From: Eubacterium sp.
GTDB lineage: Bacteria > Bacillota > Clostridia > Oscillospirales > Ruminococcaceae
NCBI GenBank assembly: GCA_022511265.1
Contig: JAFLRX010000008.1
Coordinates: 6,620-70,619 of the forward strand
Direction of reading: 5' to 3'
Length of the DNA: 64,000 nucleotides
Shown here: piece after piece, positions 1 to 10,555 of the stretch
How positions within the stretch are numbered: position 1 is the first letter of the stretch
How the letters are laid out: every line of letters starts with the position of its first letter
Position numbers and translations under genes: made by a program
The notes under the pieces: model-generated
What the model saw: the letters and a program-made list of their open reading frames with translations, nothing else
Told to the model about the DNA's origin: nothing
Database searches by the model: none

Positions 1-1374
<1,374 letters not shown>

Positions 1375-1390
1375 ATCAAGTTCCTCTCAC

Positions 1391-2647
1391 TTAATTAAAG
1401 TAATACGCTTTCGCGCCGTGTGACGGCAGCTTTGCCTTTACAGCAGTGCCTGAAAATTCTTCCCCGCTCCATAATTCAACACCGCTTACGCTGCGGTATA
1501 CTTCTATATCCGACAGCGGTATTTCTATCTCCGCGTCGCTCTCCCCCGCGTTGAACAGGGCGATGTAATGTCCGCCCTCGGCGCTGACCGCCGTCCAGAG
1601 TATCATCTCGTTACCTTCTATGTCACGCCGCCATACTTGGTGTGCGTGCCGCGAGTCGCTGTGCATTTTCAGCACCCGCTCGTTGGTAAGCAGCTTTATA
1701 GTGAATTCGTCACACTTGGTCAGCTCTCCGCCTATCATCAGCGGCGAGCGGAATATACTCCACAGCGTCAGCATAGTCAGCTGCTCGTCCTCGGTAAACT
1801 TGGTGCGGTTCGCCCCGTCATAGTCCTGCAATATCGCCCCGACAGGCAGCATATCCGCATCAGGCCAGCTGCCCGCGCCGGTGTGGGTACACCACTTTTC
1901 ACAACGGGAGAACATATCGTACAGCAGCTCCCACTTGTCCCAAAAGTCATCGGTTATGCGCCACATATCGGCGGTCTGCTTGTACAGCTCCGCCTTTTCT
2001 ATCAGTGCGGATCCCGGCGACAGGCTCAGCACCATGTCCCTGCCGCAGCCGCGCAGTGCCTCGCTGATAAGCATCAGCTCGTCCTGCTCGTGCGGCATCT
2101 CCCGCGCGATATCGTCACACTTGATAAAGTCAACGCCCCACTCGGCATACAGCGCAAAAATGCTGTCATAGTACGCACGCGCGCCGTCCTTGGACGCGTC
2201 TACACCGTACATATCGGGATTCCATGCGCAGATGCTGTTAGAGCGAGCTATCTCGTCGGCGCGTTTGTCGCTGCCGAGTATTTTGCCGCGTCCGTGTACC
2301 GCCGCGCGCGGTATGCCGCGCATTATGTGTATGCCGAACTTCAGCCCCAGCGAGTGTACGTACTCCGCCAGCGGCGCAAAGCCTTTTCCACCCGCCGACG
2401 AGGGAAAGCGGTTCTCCGCGGGGATAAGCCGCGAATATTCGTCCATACACAGCTCGCCGAACGGCTCGTACTCGTGGCTTTTGGCGTTCGGCGCAGACCA
2501 CTGTATGTCAACGACAACGTATTCCCAGCCGTACTGCTTTAGGTGCGCCGCCATAAACTCGGCGTTTTTTCGCACAATGTCCTCAGTCACCGCCGCGCCG
2601 TAACAGTCCCAGCTGTTCCAGCCCATAGGCGCTTTTTTTAATTTCAT
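1391..2647 (-). CDS. abp: GH27 glycoside hydrolase, most likely beta-L-arabinopyranosidase (Abp-like)
   Basis: PMGWNSWDCYG, VVDIQW, LGLKFGIHIMRGIP, WGVDFIKCDD, WRITDDFWD, WPDADMLP motifs; directly upstream of the GH51 gene. Confidence 0.85.
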   Translation of the reverse strand: MKLKKAPMGWNSWDCYGAAVTEDIVRKNAEFMAAHLKQYGWEYVVVDIQWSAPNAKSHEYEPFGELCMDEYSRLIPAENRFPSSAGGKGFAPLAEYVHSLGLKFGIHIMRGIPRAAVHGRGKILGSDKRADEIARSNSICAWNPDMYGVDASKDGARAYYDSIFALYAEWGVDFIKCDDIAREMPHEQDELMLISEALRGCGRDMVLSLSPGSALIEKAELYKQTADMWRITDDFWDKWELLYDMFSRCEKWCTHTGAGSWPDADMLPVGAILQDYDGANRTKFTEDEQLTMLTLWSIFRSPLMIGGELTKCDEFTIKLLTNERVLKMHSDSRHAHQVWRRDIEGNEMILWTAVSAEGGHYIALFNAGESDAEIEIPLSDIEVYRSVSGVELWSGEEFSGTAVKAKLPSHGAKAYYFN

Positions 2648-2678
2648 GGCTCTCGCCTCCGTTAAAAATTCTAATTTG

Positions 2679-2707
2679 ATAATACACTATATCAGCGGCT
2701 TTGTCAA
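2679..2707 (-). promoter_or_regulatory. sigma-A promoter of abp/abf operon
   Basis: TTGACA-17 nt-TATTAT on minus strand. Confidence 0.7.
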
Positions 2708-2710
2708 GAA

Positions 2711-2737
2711 AAAATCCCCGTCATTGACGGGGATTTT
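2711..2737 (-). terminator. intrinsic terminator downstream of groEL
   Basis: AAAATCCCCGTCA-T-TGACGGGGATTTT inverted repeat. Confidence 0.8.
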
Positions 2738-2772
2738 GTATTATGATTTTAGACTTATGCGCTATGCATTAA

Positions 2773-4413
<1,641 letters not shown>

Positions 4414-4434
4414 TTATGTCCTCTCTTTCTTTAT

Positions 4435-4719
4435 TTATTCTACAACTGCGAGAACATCGTCTTCACGCAGTATTGTGTATTCCTCGCCGTCTACCTTTAC
4501 CTCTGTACCGGAATACTTGCTGATAAGCACCTGATCGCCTACCTTAAGGCTGGTGGGTACCAGCTTGCCGTCCTCGGTCCTGCCGGGGCCTACAGCAACT
4601 ACCTTTGCTACCTGCGGCTTTTCCTGTGCGGCGGTGGTAAGGATTATACCGCCCTTGGTGGTCTCCTCAGCCTTCAGCATCTGAACTACCACTCTGTCTG
4701 ATAACGGTTTGATCGTCAT
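4435..4719 (-). CDS. groS: co-chaperonin GroES
   Basis: IKPLSDRVVV, TKGGIIL, VGPGR, KYSGTEVK; upstream of groEL. Confidence 0.99.
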   Translation of the reverse strand: MTIKPLSDRVVVQMLKAEETTKGGIILTTAAQEKPQVAKVVAVGPGRTEDGKLVPTSLKVGDQVLISKYSGTEVKVDGEEYTILREDDVLAVVE

Positions 4720-4785
4720 GGTTGTTTCCTCCTTTTATTCAGGCGTAATCGCCTTGTTCTGTTTAATTTGATTTTTGAATTTAGT

Positions 4786-4812
4786 TTAGCACTCTTGACC
4801 TTTGAGTGCTAA
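4786..4812. promoter_or_regulatory. CIRCE element (HrcA operator)
   Basis: Perfect TTAGCACTC-N9-GAGTGCTAA between the groES promoter and start codon. Confidence 0.97.
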
Positions 4813-4825
4813 CCCACTATTCATT

Positions 4826-4854
4826 ATTGTAATCACTTTCGCCCTAAAAATCAA
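4826..4854 (-). promoter_or_regulatory. sigma-A promoter of groESL
   Basis: TTGATT-17 nt-TACAAT, just upstream of CIRCE. Confidence 0.8.
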
Positions 4855-5116
4855 GACCCTAAATGAAATTTTTGCTAATTTTGTTATATGTGATAAAAAC
4901 GCAGAGATTAAAAAGCAGTTTTTTGTATATAATTACTTTAACTTTATAAAAAACAGTGTCTCTTGTTTTTTATGCCTTGAATGCACGCTTTATTCGGATA
5001 AATTTTTTGAAAAAATACAAAAATTATGTTGAAAAAAATCGTTATTCAGTATATAATTATAGTATGGGGTTTTATGCATATAAAGCCTATACACTTTTAT
5101 ACATCAGGAGCAACAG

Positions 5117-5710
5117 ATGGGGAAGATCCTTTTTATAGCGGACGAAAACAAGCAGACCTGCGATTTTATCTCTCTTGCCGCCGAAAGCGCGGGATATACC
5201 GTCATACGCGCCTACGGCAGCGCGGACATCAAGGCCGTGGGCAGGGTGCCGGATATCGCGGTGTTTTCCGCGGAGTACAGTGAACTTGCCGACAGCGTAA
5301 AGCCACTGTGGGACGGCTGCCGGATATACTTTCTTAAAGATGGCGGCACAGGCAGCAATGTGCTTTCACTCCCCATTCAGCCTGCTCAGCTTGCCGATAT
5401 GCTGTCATCGAGCGAACTGCCGGAGGACATGGCGCTGGACGAAACCACCGCAAGGCTGTCAGTCAGCGGAAAAGAGATAGCCCTCACCTTAAACGAGCAG
5501 GAGCTGCTGAAATACCTTGTGCTCAACCCCAACCGCGCGTTCAGCAATGAAGAGCTTGCGCTGGAGGTATTCGGCGCGGACGTCAATGACGTACAGGCAC
5601 TTGCCGGAGATACGGCGGCATCTCTCGCGCGAAAGCTGGAGGGCAGCTCTGAGATATGGGCGTTAAAGCACCTTTGGGGTGTAGGATATAAGTTTGAGAT
5701 TATGATATGA
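5117..5710 (+). CDS. atypical OmpR-family response regulator (pseudo-receiver + winged helix)
   Basis: C-terminal LTLNEQELLKYLVLNPNRAFSNEEL...WGVGYKF resembles the OmpR wHTH; receiver has PDIAVFSAEY where PDLxLLDxxMP is expected. Confidence 0.75.
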   Translation: MGKILFIADENKQTCDFISLAAESAGYTVIRAYGSADIKAVGRVPDIAVFSAEYSELADSVKPLWDGCRIYFLKDGGTGSNVLSLPIQPAQLADMLSSSELPEDMALDETTARLSVSGKEIALTLNEQELLKYLVLNPNRAFSNEELALEVFGADVNDVQALAGDTAASLARKLEGSSEIWALKHLWGVGYKFEIMI

Positions 5711-5720
5711 TATCTTCGTA

Positions 5721-5833
5721 GCTTTGCTTCGCAAAGCGCAAAAGCGATGCTTTTGCCGCCGCTGACGCGGCGTGCTCGATAGTATATCACGGCGCAAAAA
5801 TGCCCTTGCGAGCAAGCATTTTTGCTTGTGATA
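5721..5833. repeat. cluster of tandem short hairpins (REP-like intergenic element)
   Basis: GCTTTGC-ttc-GCAAAGC, GCAAAAGC-gat-GCTTTTGC, CGCCGC-tgac-GCGGCG, plus longer ATATCAC..GCAAAAATGC..GCATTTTTGC..GTGATAT stem. Confidence 0.6.
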
Positions 5834-5855
5834 TGAATATCTGAAAGGATAGAAA

Positions 5856-6347
5856 ATGAACACCAACGAGCTTGCTGAGCTTATCAGCAGATCAAATAAC
5901 GGCGACAGCGACGCATACATACAGCTTTATTCGGCGGTATACCGCCCGCTGTATAAGATAGCGCGGTTCGCCCTTAAAAGTGAAGAGGCGGCTATTGCCG
6001 CACTACAGCAAACGGTAAAGGACAGCTTTGCCGCGATTGCCGGCGCGGATATTTCAGGCACCGGCTCGTTTATCGAATGGATAGTAAAGATACTCTGCAC
6101 AAAAATAAAGCTGCAATATAAGACGGGGCGAGATGACAAAACATCGGAGCAGCAGGGAGAATTTACCGTGCGCTCGGGGCTGGACAGCCTGCCCAACATT
6201 GACAGGCTGGTGCTGGCGGTCAGCGTTATCTGCGGCTGCCCCGCCGAAAAGACCGCCAAGCTGTGCGGCTATACCGTCAATACCGTCGAGGTGTGCCTCA
6301 CCAATGCTGAGGTAGTGCTGAAAACAGGATTTTTAGCACAAGTATGA
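5856..6347 (+). CDS. ECF sigma-70-like protein (degenerate)
   Basis: LISRSNNGDSDAYIQLYSAVYRPLYKIARFALKS (region 1.2/2 pattern), SFIEWIVKIL, LDSLPNIDRLVL...GYTVNTV (region 4 pattern). Confidence 0.7.
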   Translation: MNTNELAELISRSNNGDSDAYIQLYSAVYRPLYKIARFALKSEEAAIAALQQTVKDSFAAIAGADISGTGSFIEWIVKILCTKIKLQYKTGRDDKTSEQQGEFTVRSGLDSLPNIDRLVLAVSVICGCPAEKTAKLCGYTVNTVEVCLTNAEVVLKTGFLAQV

Positions 6348-6384
6348 TGATTCACAAAACTCAAAAAGGAGTTACTTTCTGATA

Positions 6385-9123
6385 ATGGAACTTGATAAGA
6401 TACTCAAGGATTATGTCGCCTCGATAGAGATACCGCCGCAGGCGATGCCTGACGCGATAAAGAGCATGATCCTGCAAGACTCCGAAATGACCGCGGGTAC
6501 TTTTTTGAAGAGTCTCAGACAGCTGAAGATCTCCGGCTCGGAATTTCTCGAACTGCTGGGCAATTCAAAGATAGGCAACGCCGAATACCGCCGTATAGAG
6601 GAAAACCCGCATCTTAAATTTGACGAGCTGTTAACTATATTGGATCACTCGGTGCTTAGCAGCGAGGATTATCGTGTGCTGCTCGCGGCCGCGACCCACC
6701 GCCGCAACCTGAGAGAAGAACGCCGCCGCCGCGAGGAAGAGACGCTGGCGCGCATCGAGCGCGAGCTGGAGCAGGAAAAGCTGGCAGCACAGACTCCCGT
6801 TTCGGAAGAACCCCCTGCGCAGCAGCCCGTTGAGGAAATCTCAGAGGAAGTAACCGAAGAAACTGCTGAAGAATTAACAGAAGAGGTTGCGGAAGAAACT
6901 GCTGAAGAAGCAGCTGAAGAAAACACCGAAGAAATCGCAGAAGAAACCTCTGAAGAAATTACTGAAGAAGCAGCGGAAGAAATCGCTGAAGAAGTAGCTG
7001 AAGAAACCGCTGAAGAATTAGCAGAAGAAACCGTTGAAGAATCAGCTGAAGAAGCTCCCGAAGAAATTACAGAAGAAACCGTTGAAGTAACAGACACAGA
7101 AGTTATCGAAGAAACCGCCGTAGAAACAGTTGCAGAAATTGAGGAAGAAACCGCAAACACCGTTGCGGAGGTTGCTGAAAACACAACCGAAAAAGCTGTT
7201 GAAGAAACATCCGAGCAGCCCGCCGCGGCAGCACCGACACAGGACGAGCATACCGAACAGCCTGATAATAAGCCGGATAATGATAAATATGACGATGAAT
7301 ATGACGATGATGAATACGACGACGAATACGAAGAAGAAGATTACGACAGCGTAGAGTACGAAGAAGATGATTACGATGACGAATACGAAGATGACGATGA
7401 CGATTGGGATTACGAGATATACGAAAACGATGAATACGAGGACTATTCCGCCGAGACGTTAGGCAACGCCCTTGAAGAGCTGGTGGACGAGGACGGCAAC
7501 CCCCTGCCCTCCCGCCGCTCAAAGCCCGCACTTATCACGGCGTTTGTGCTGGCGGCGGTGGTCATTCTCTGCGGCGCGACCTATAAGCTGCTGCGATATT
7601 ATGAGATAATACCCAGTTACACCTACGCTATCCCCGAGACCTTTTCACAGCAGATAGGCAGCTACGCCGAGCTTGCGGACAGCGTGCAAAGCGCCCGCAG
7701 CCTGATAAGCTACACTCTGCCGAACACAATAAAATTACAGAACAGCAGCTTTAACCCCGAAAGCCTTTCGGCGATAGGGCATAGATATGTTATTCATGTC
7801 GGCGAGACGGAAAACGGCAAAAAAATAATAAACGGCTTTGGAATTAATGACGACGGCACGGCAGGCGACAAATTTTCCGCCGATGTGTTTGATACCGAGC
7901 CGAAACGGTTGTATGTATATTCCGCATCCGTCGGAGAGACAGGATATTTTATCCTTGCCGCCGAGACGGACGGTCAGACTTTAATAAAGATATATGAGGA
8001 AGAGGCGCTCAGCAAGAACGAACAGCCTGCCGCGGACTTTGCGCAGTCGGGCGGCTATGCGGGTTATTCGATAGGCGCGGACGGATTTTATTCGGTAAGC
8101 TATGTCAGCATGAGTCTGGACACCGCCAACGCCGAAAAGCCCGAAACCTTTGTACCGGGTATAACCGCAGACGGACGCTCGCGGGCGGTATCGTGGGGCG
8201 ACATAATACTGCCGTACGCGGCGGCGCGCTTTAACTATTACGTCATAGTCCGCCTGCCGCTGGGCAATGACGCCGACCCGACCGTTAAGGCTGTCGGCGT
8301 AGGCGACGCAAACGGCTATGCGATAGGCGCGGACGGTTTTTACTGTGCGGACTACACCGCGATAAACAGCGCGTCTCACTCGCGCATAACAAAGATAGCG
8401 TTTGACCCGGCACTTACACATAAAGATACCGACATAGACGGCGCGATAAACGTCTCGATGCTGCTGGCGGGAGACAGCAAGATAGCCGTACCGGGTGTTG
8501 ACGGCGATTCTTCGTCTAATCTCTACACCTTCTCCACCGAGCTTTCCGAACCGTCGGTGATGGACGGCATAGCGCAGGACAAGATAATATCCGGAGCATA
8601 CTGCACCGGCAATGTCATCACCCTGATAACCGACGGCGACGCGCCCATGCAGTACAACATAGACCTTACTACTATGGAGAACGCGGATCTGCCGCCCGCA
8701 TACAAGAGTTTATCGGATACGCTTTCGGCTGCTTTGACCGCCGACGGCAACAAAGCCGTACTGCACATATACGATAACGGCGAAGAACAGACCTCTGCCG
8801 ACATCACTGCGGAGGGCAGCTCCGGCTGGCGCTCTCCCGCAACAACCGACGCGGCGCAGCTGGCGGTATTGCAAAAAGGAAACGACACACTTATCGGTCT
8901 GCCGGTGATATATTTTGACGGAGTGACCGATGTATATAAATACATGCTGTACAGCTATTCAGGCGGCAAGCTGACCGAAAAAGGCTCTATTATACTTATG
9001 GAGGGCAGCTATCGTGAGATATCCTCACGCATTGTCGGAGATTTTGTGATAACCGCATGGGATAACCGCATAATAGTTGCCGATACCGATAATGTAAAGA
9101 TAATCTCTGATACAGAGTTCTAA
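6385..9123 (+). CDS. large single-pass membrane protein: N-terminal helical domain, long acidic linker, TM helix, extracellular beta-propeller-like domain
   Basis: TM ALITAFVLAAVVILCGATY at ~7528-7590; beta-rich C-terminal region ending LIGLPV..YMLYSY..GKLTEKG..RIVGDFVITAWDNRI, reminiscent of clostridial beta-propeller domain proteins. Confidence 0.6.
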   Translation: MELDKILKDYVASIEIPPQAMPDAIKSMILQDSEMTAGTFLKSLRQLKISGSEFLELLGNSKIGNAEYRRIEENPHLKFDELLTILDHSVLSSEDYRVLLAAATHRRNLREERRRREEETLARIERELEQEKLAAQTPVSEEPPAQQPVEEISEEVTEETAEELTEEVAEETAEEAAEENTEEIAEETSEEITEEAAEEIAEEVAEETAEELAEETVEESAEEAPEEITEETVEVTDTEVIEETAVETVAEIEEETANTVAEVAENTTEKAVEETSEQPAAAAPTQDEHTEQPDNKPDNDKYDDEYDDDEYDDEYEEEDYDSVEYEEDDYDDEYEDDDDDWDYEIYENDEYEDYSAETLGNALEELVDEDGNPLPSRRSKPALITAFVLAAVVILCGATYKLLRYYEIIPSYTYAIPETFSQQIGSYAELADSVQSARSLISYTLPNTIKLQNSSFNPESLSAIGHRYVIHVGETENGKKIINGFGINDDGTAGDKFSADVFDTEPKRLYVYSASVGETGYFILAAETDGQTLIKIYEEEALSKNEQPAADFAQSGGYAGYSIGADGFYSVSYVSMSLDTANAEKPETFVPGITADGRSRAVSWGDIILPYAAARFNYYVIVRLPLGNDADPTVKAVGVGDANGYAIGADGFYCADYTAINSASHSRITKIAFDPALTHKDTDIDGAINVSMLLAGDSKIAVPGVDGDSSSNLYTFSTELSEPSVMDGIAQDKIISGAYCTGNVITLITDGDAPMQYNIDLTTMENADLPPAYKSLSDTLSAALTADGNKAVLHIYDNGEEQTSADITAEGSSGWRSPATTDAAQLAVLQKGNDTLIGLPVIYFDGVTDVYKYMLYSYSGGKLTEKGSIILMEGSYREISSRIVGDFVITAWDNRIIVADTDNVKIISDTEF
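6832..7083 (+). repeat. intragenic 12-bp degenerate tandem repeat, 21 x EExx
   Basis: EEIS EEVT EETA EELT ... EEIT EETV, almost all Glu codons GAA. Confidence 0.9.
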
Positions 9124-9132
9124 AAGGATAAT

Positions 9133-9627
9133 ATGCACGAAAAGCTTATCTCAGCCGCGATAGAATACGACCGCGGCGACGCGAAAAGAATACAGCACTT
9201 TATAAAGGTATATCAGTTCGCCGCCCTTATCGGCAGCGAAGAGGGGCTCTCCGACACCGAGATGAAAGCTCTGTCCGCCGCAGCCATTCTCCACGATATC
9301 GGCATACGCGAGGGCGAACGGCTTTACTGCCGCTGTGACGGAGAGATACAAGAGCGGCTGGGGCCGGATATAGCAAAGCAAATAATGGCAGCCGTCGGCG
9401 GGTATGAGGACGTTGCCGAGCGTGCGGCACAGCTTATCGGGCGGCATCACACCTATACAGACATTGACGGTGCGGACTGTCAGATACTTATCGAGGCAGA
9501 TTTTTTGGTAAACCTGTACGAGGACGGCTGCGGCGCAGACGCGATAAAGTCCGCACGGGAAAAGATATTACGCACAAAAACAGGTACAAGTCTGCTGGAT
9601 ACTATGTTTTCGTTAAAGGAGCAATAA
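9133..9627 (+). CDS. HD-domain phosphohydrolase
   Basis: RIQHFIKV...AAILHDIG...HH...EADFLVN. Confidence 0.85.
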   Translation: MHEKLISAAIEYDRGDAKRIQHFIKVYQFAALIGSEEGLSDTEMKALSAAAILHDIGIREGERLYCRCDGEIQERLGPDIAKQIMAAVGGYEDVAERAAQLIGRHHTYTDIDGADCQILIEADFLVNLYEDGCGADAIKSAREKILRTKTGTSLLDTMFSLKEQ

Positions 9628-9630
9628 TTT

Positions 9631-10356
9631 ATGGAAATCATAGACGGCATGTGGACGATGCGCGGACTTGCCCACGATGACCCGAAACGCATCAGATCCG
9701 CCGACGAATTGGCGGAATATATAAATGAGGTTGGTTTTCTTCCGCTGTTCTCAAATGAGATACCCGGCTTTTCCTCGGAAGAGCTCACCGCGTCACAATA
9801 CTGGTGGTGCGACATCCCAGAGCACGACCCGTGGATATGGCGTGAACAGATAGCCCGCACCGAAAAAATAGCCTACGGCAAGTTTTTCGGCGGCAGGGCG
9901 GGATATATCTCACTGGAATGGCTTCCGTACTTTGTCAACTGGCGCAGAGACGGATATGACTTTGACAGCCTGTTTGAGGACGGAAAGGCACAGCACCGCA
10001 GCAAGAAGATAATGGACTTGTTCCTCACCCGCGACCGACTGTTTTCATATGAGATAAAAAAGCTGGCGGGCTTTGGCAAGAACGGGGAAAAGAATTTTCC
10101 GGGCGTGATTACTAAGCTGCAGGAGCAGATATATTTGGTATCCTGCGACTTTCAGCGCCGCCGCAACGCCAAGGGCGAACCTTACGGCATGACAACCACG
10201 CTGTATGCAACCCCCGAGAGCATATGGGGCTATGATACGGTTACCGCGGCATATTCCGAAGAGCCGGAGCAGTCCAAACAGCGTATTGTGGAGCATATCA
10301 GAAAGCTGTACGGCAATGTGGATGATAAGACTATGGAAAAGGTGTTGGGGAAGTAA
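9631..10356 (+). CDS. AlkZ-related (winged-helix) conserved protein
   Basis: YINEVGFLPLF, DPWIWRE, IAYGKFFGGRAGYISLEWLPYF, ITKLQEQIYL pattern; 3 nt after the HD gene. Confidence 0.6.
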   Translation: MEIIDGMWTMRGLAHDDPKRIRSADELAEYINEVGFLPLFSNEIPGFSSEELTASQYWWCDIPEHDPWIWREQIARTEKIAYGKFFGGRAGYISLEWLPYFVNWRRDGYDFDSLFEDGKAQHRSKKIMDLFLTRDRLFSYEIKKLAGFGKNGEKNFPGVITKLQEQIYLVSCDFQRRRNAKGEPYGMTTTLYATPESIWGYDTVTAAYSEEPEQSKQRIVEHIRKLYGNVDDKTMEKVLGK

Positions 10357-10357
10357 A

Positions 10358-10506
10358 TTTAATTCGGAAAAGACTATACTGACATACTTGAGGAGCGCAC
10401 GCAACCGACAAACGAGTTTTTTTGCCGAACTCTATAAGGACTACGGAATATGAAATATAGTGTTAATATTTCCGAACAAGCAAAACATGACTTGCGCATG
10501 ATATAC
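10358..10506 (+). pseudogene. relic of a RelB/DinJ-RelE/ParE toxin-antitoxin pair (antitoxin C-terminus + toxin N-terminus only)
   Basis: FNSE../DYTDILEERTQPTNEF/FAELYKDYGI* spread over two frames; its TGA overlaps ATG (ATGA at 10450-10453) of MKYSVNISEQAKHDLRMIY, which is cut off by a terminator. Confidence 0.6.
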
Positions 10507-10538
10507 AAAAAACCGGCATACCGTTAGGTATGCCGGTT
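10507..10538. terminator. bidirectional terminator
   Basis: AACCGGCATACC-gtta-GGTATGCCGGTT between convergent genes. Confidence 0.8.
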
Positions 10539-10555
10539 AACTTTATGTGATAAAC

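Noticed and set aside
5811-5826. AGCAAGCATTTTTGCT also seen (with one extra T) at 15842-15858
   Set aside because: The match is short and the flanks do not align, so it cannot be distinguished from chance without a genome-wide count.
6832-7446. Periodic sequence that could be mistaken for a CRISPR-like or non-coding array
   Set aside because: In frame within a CDS, 12-bp degenerate period, no unique spacers; no cas genes in the window.
10205-10453. 82-aa ORF overlapping the AlkZ-related gene
   Set aside because: Mostly an alternate frame of the real gene; only its last ~10 codons are meaningful, as part of the TA relic.
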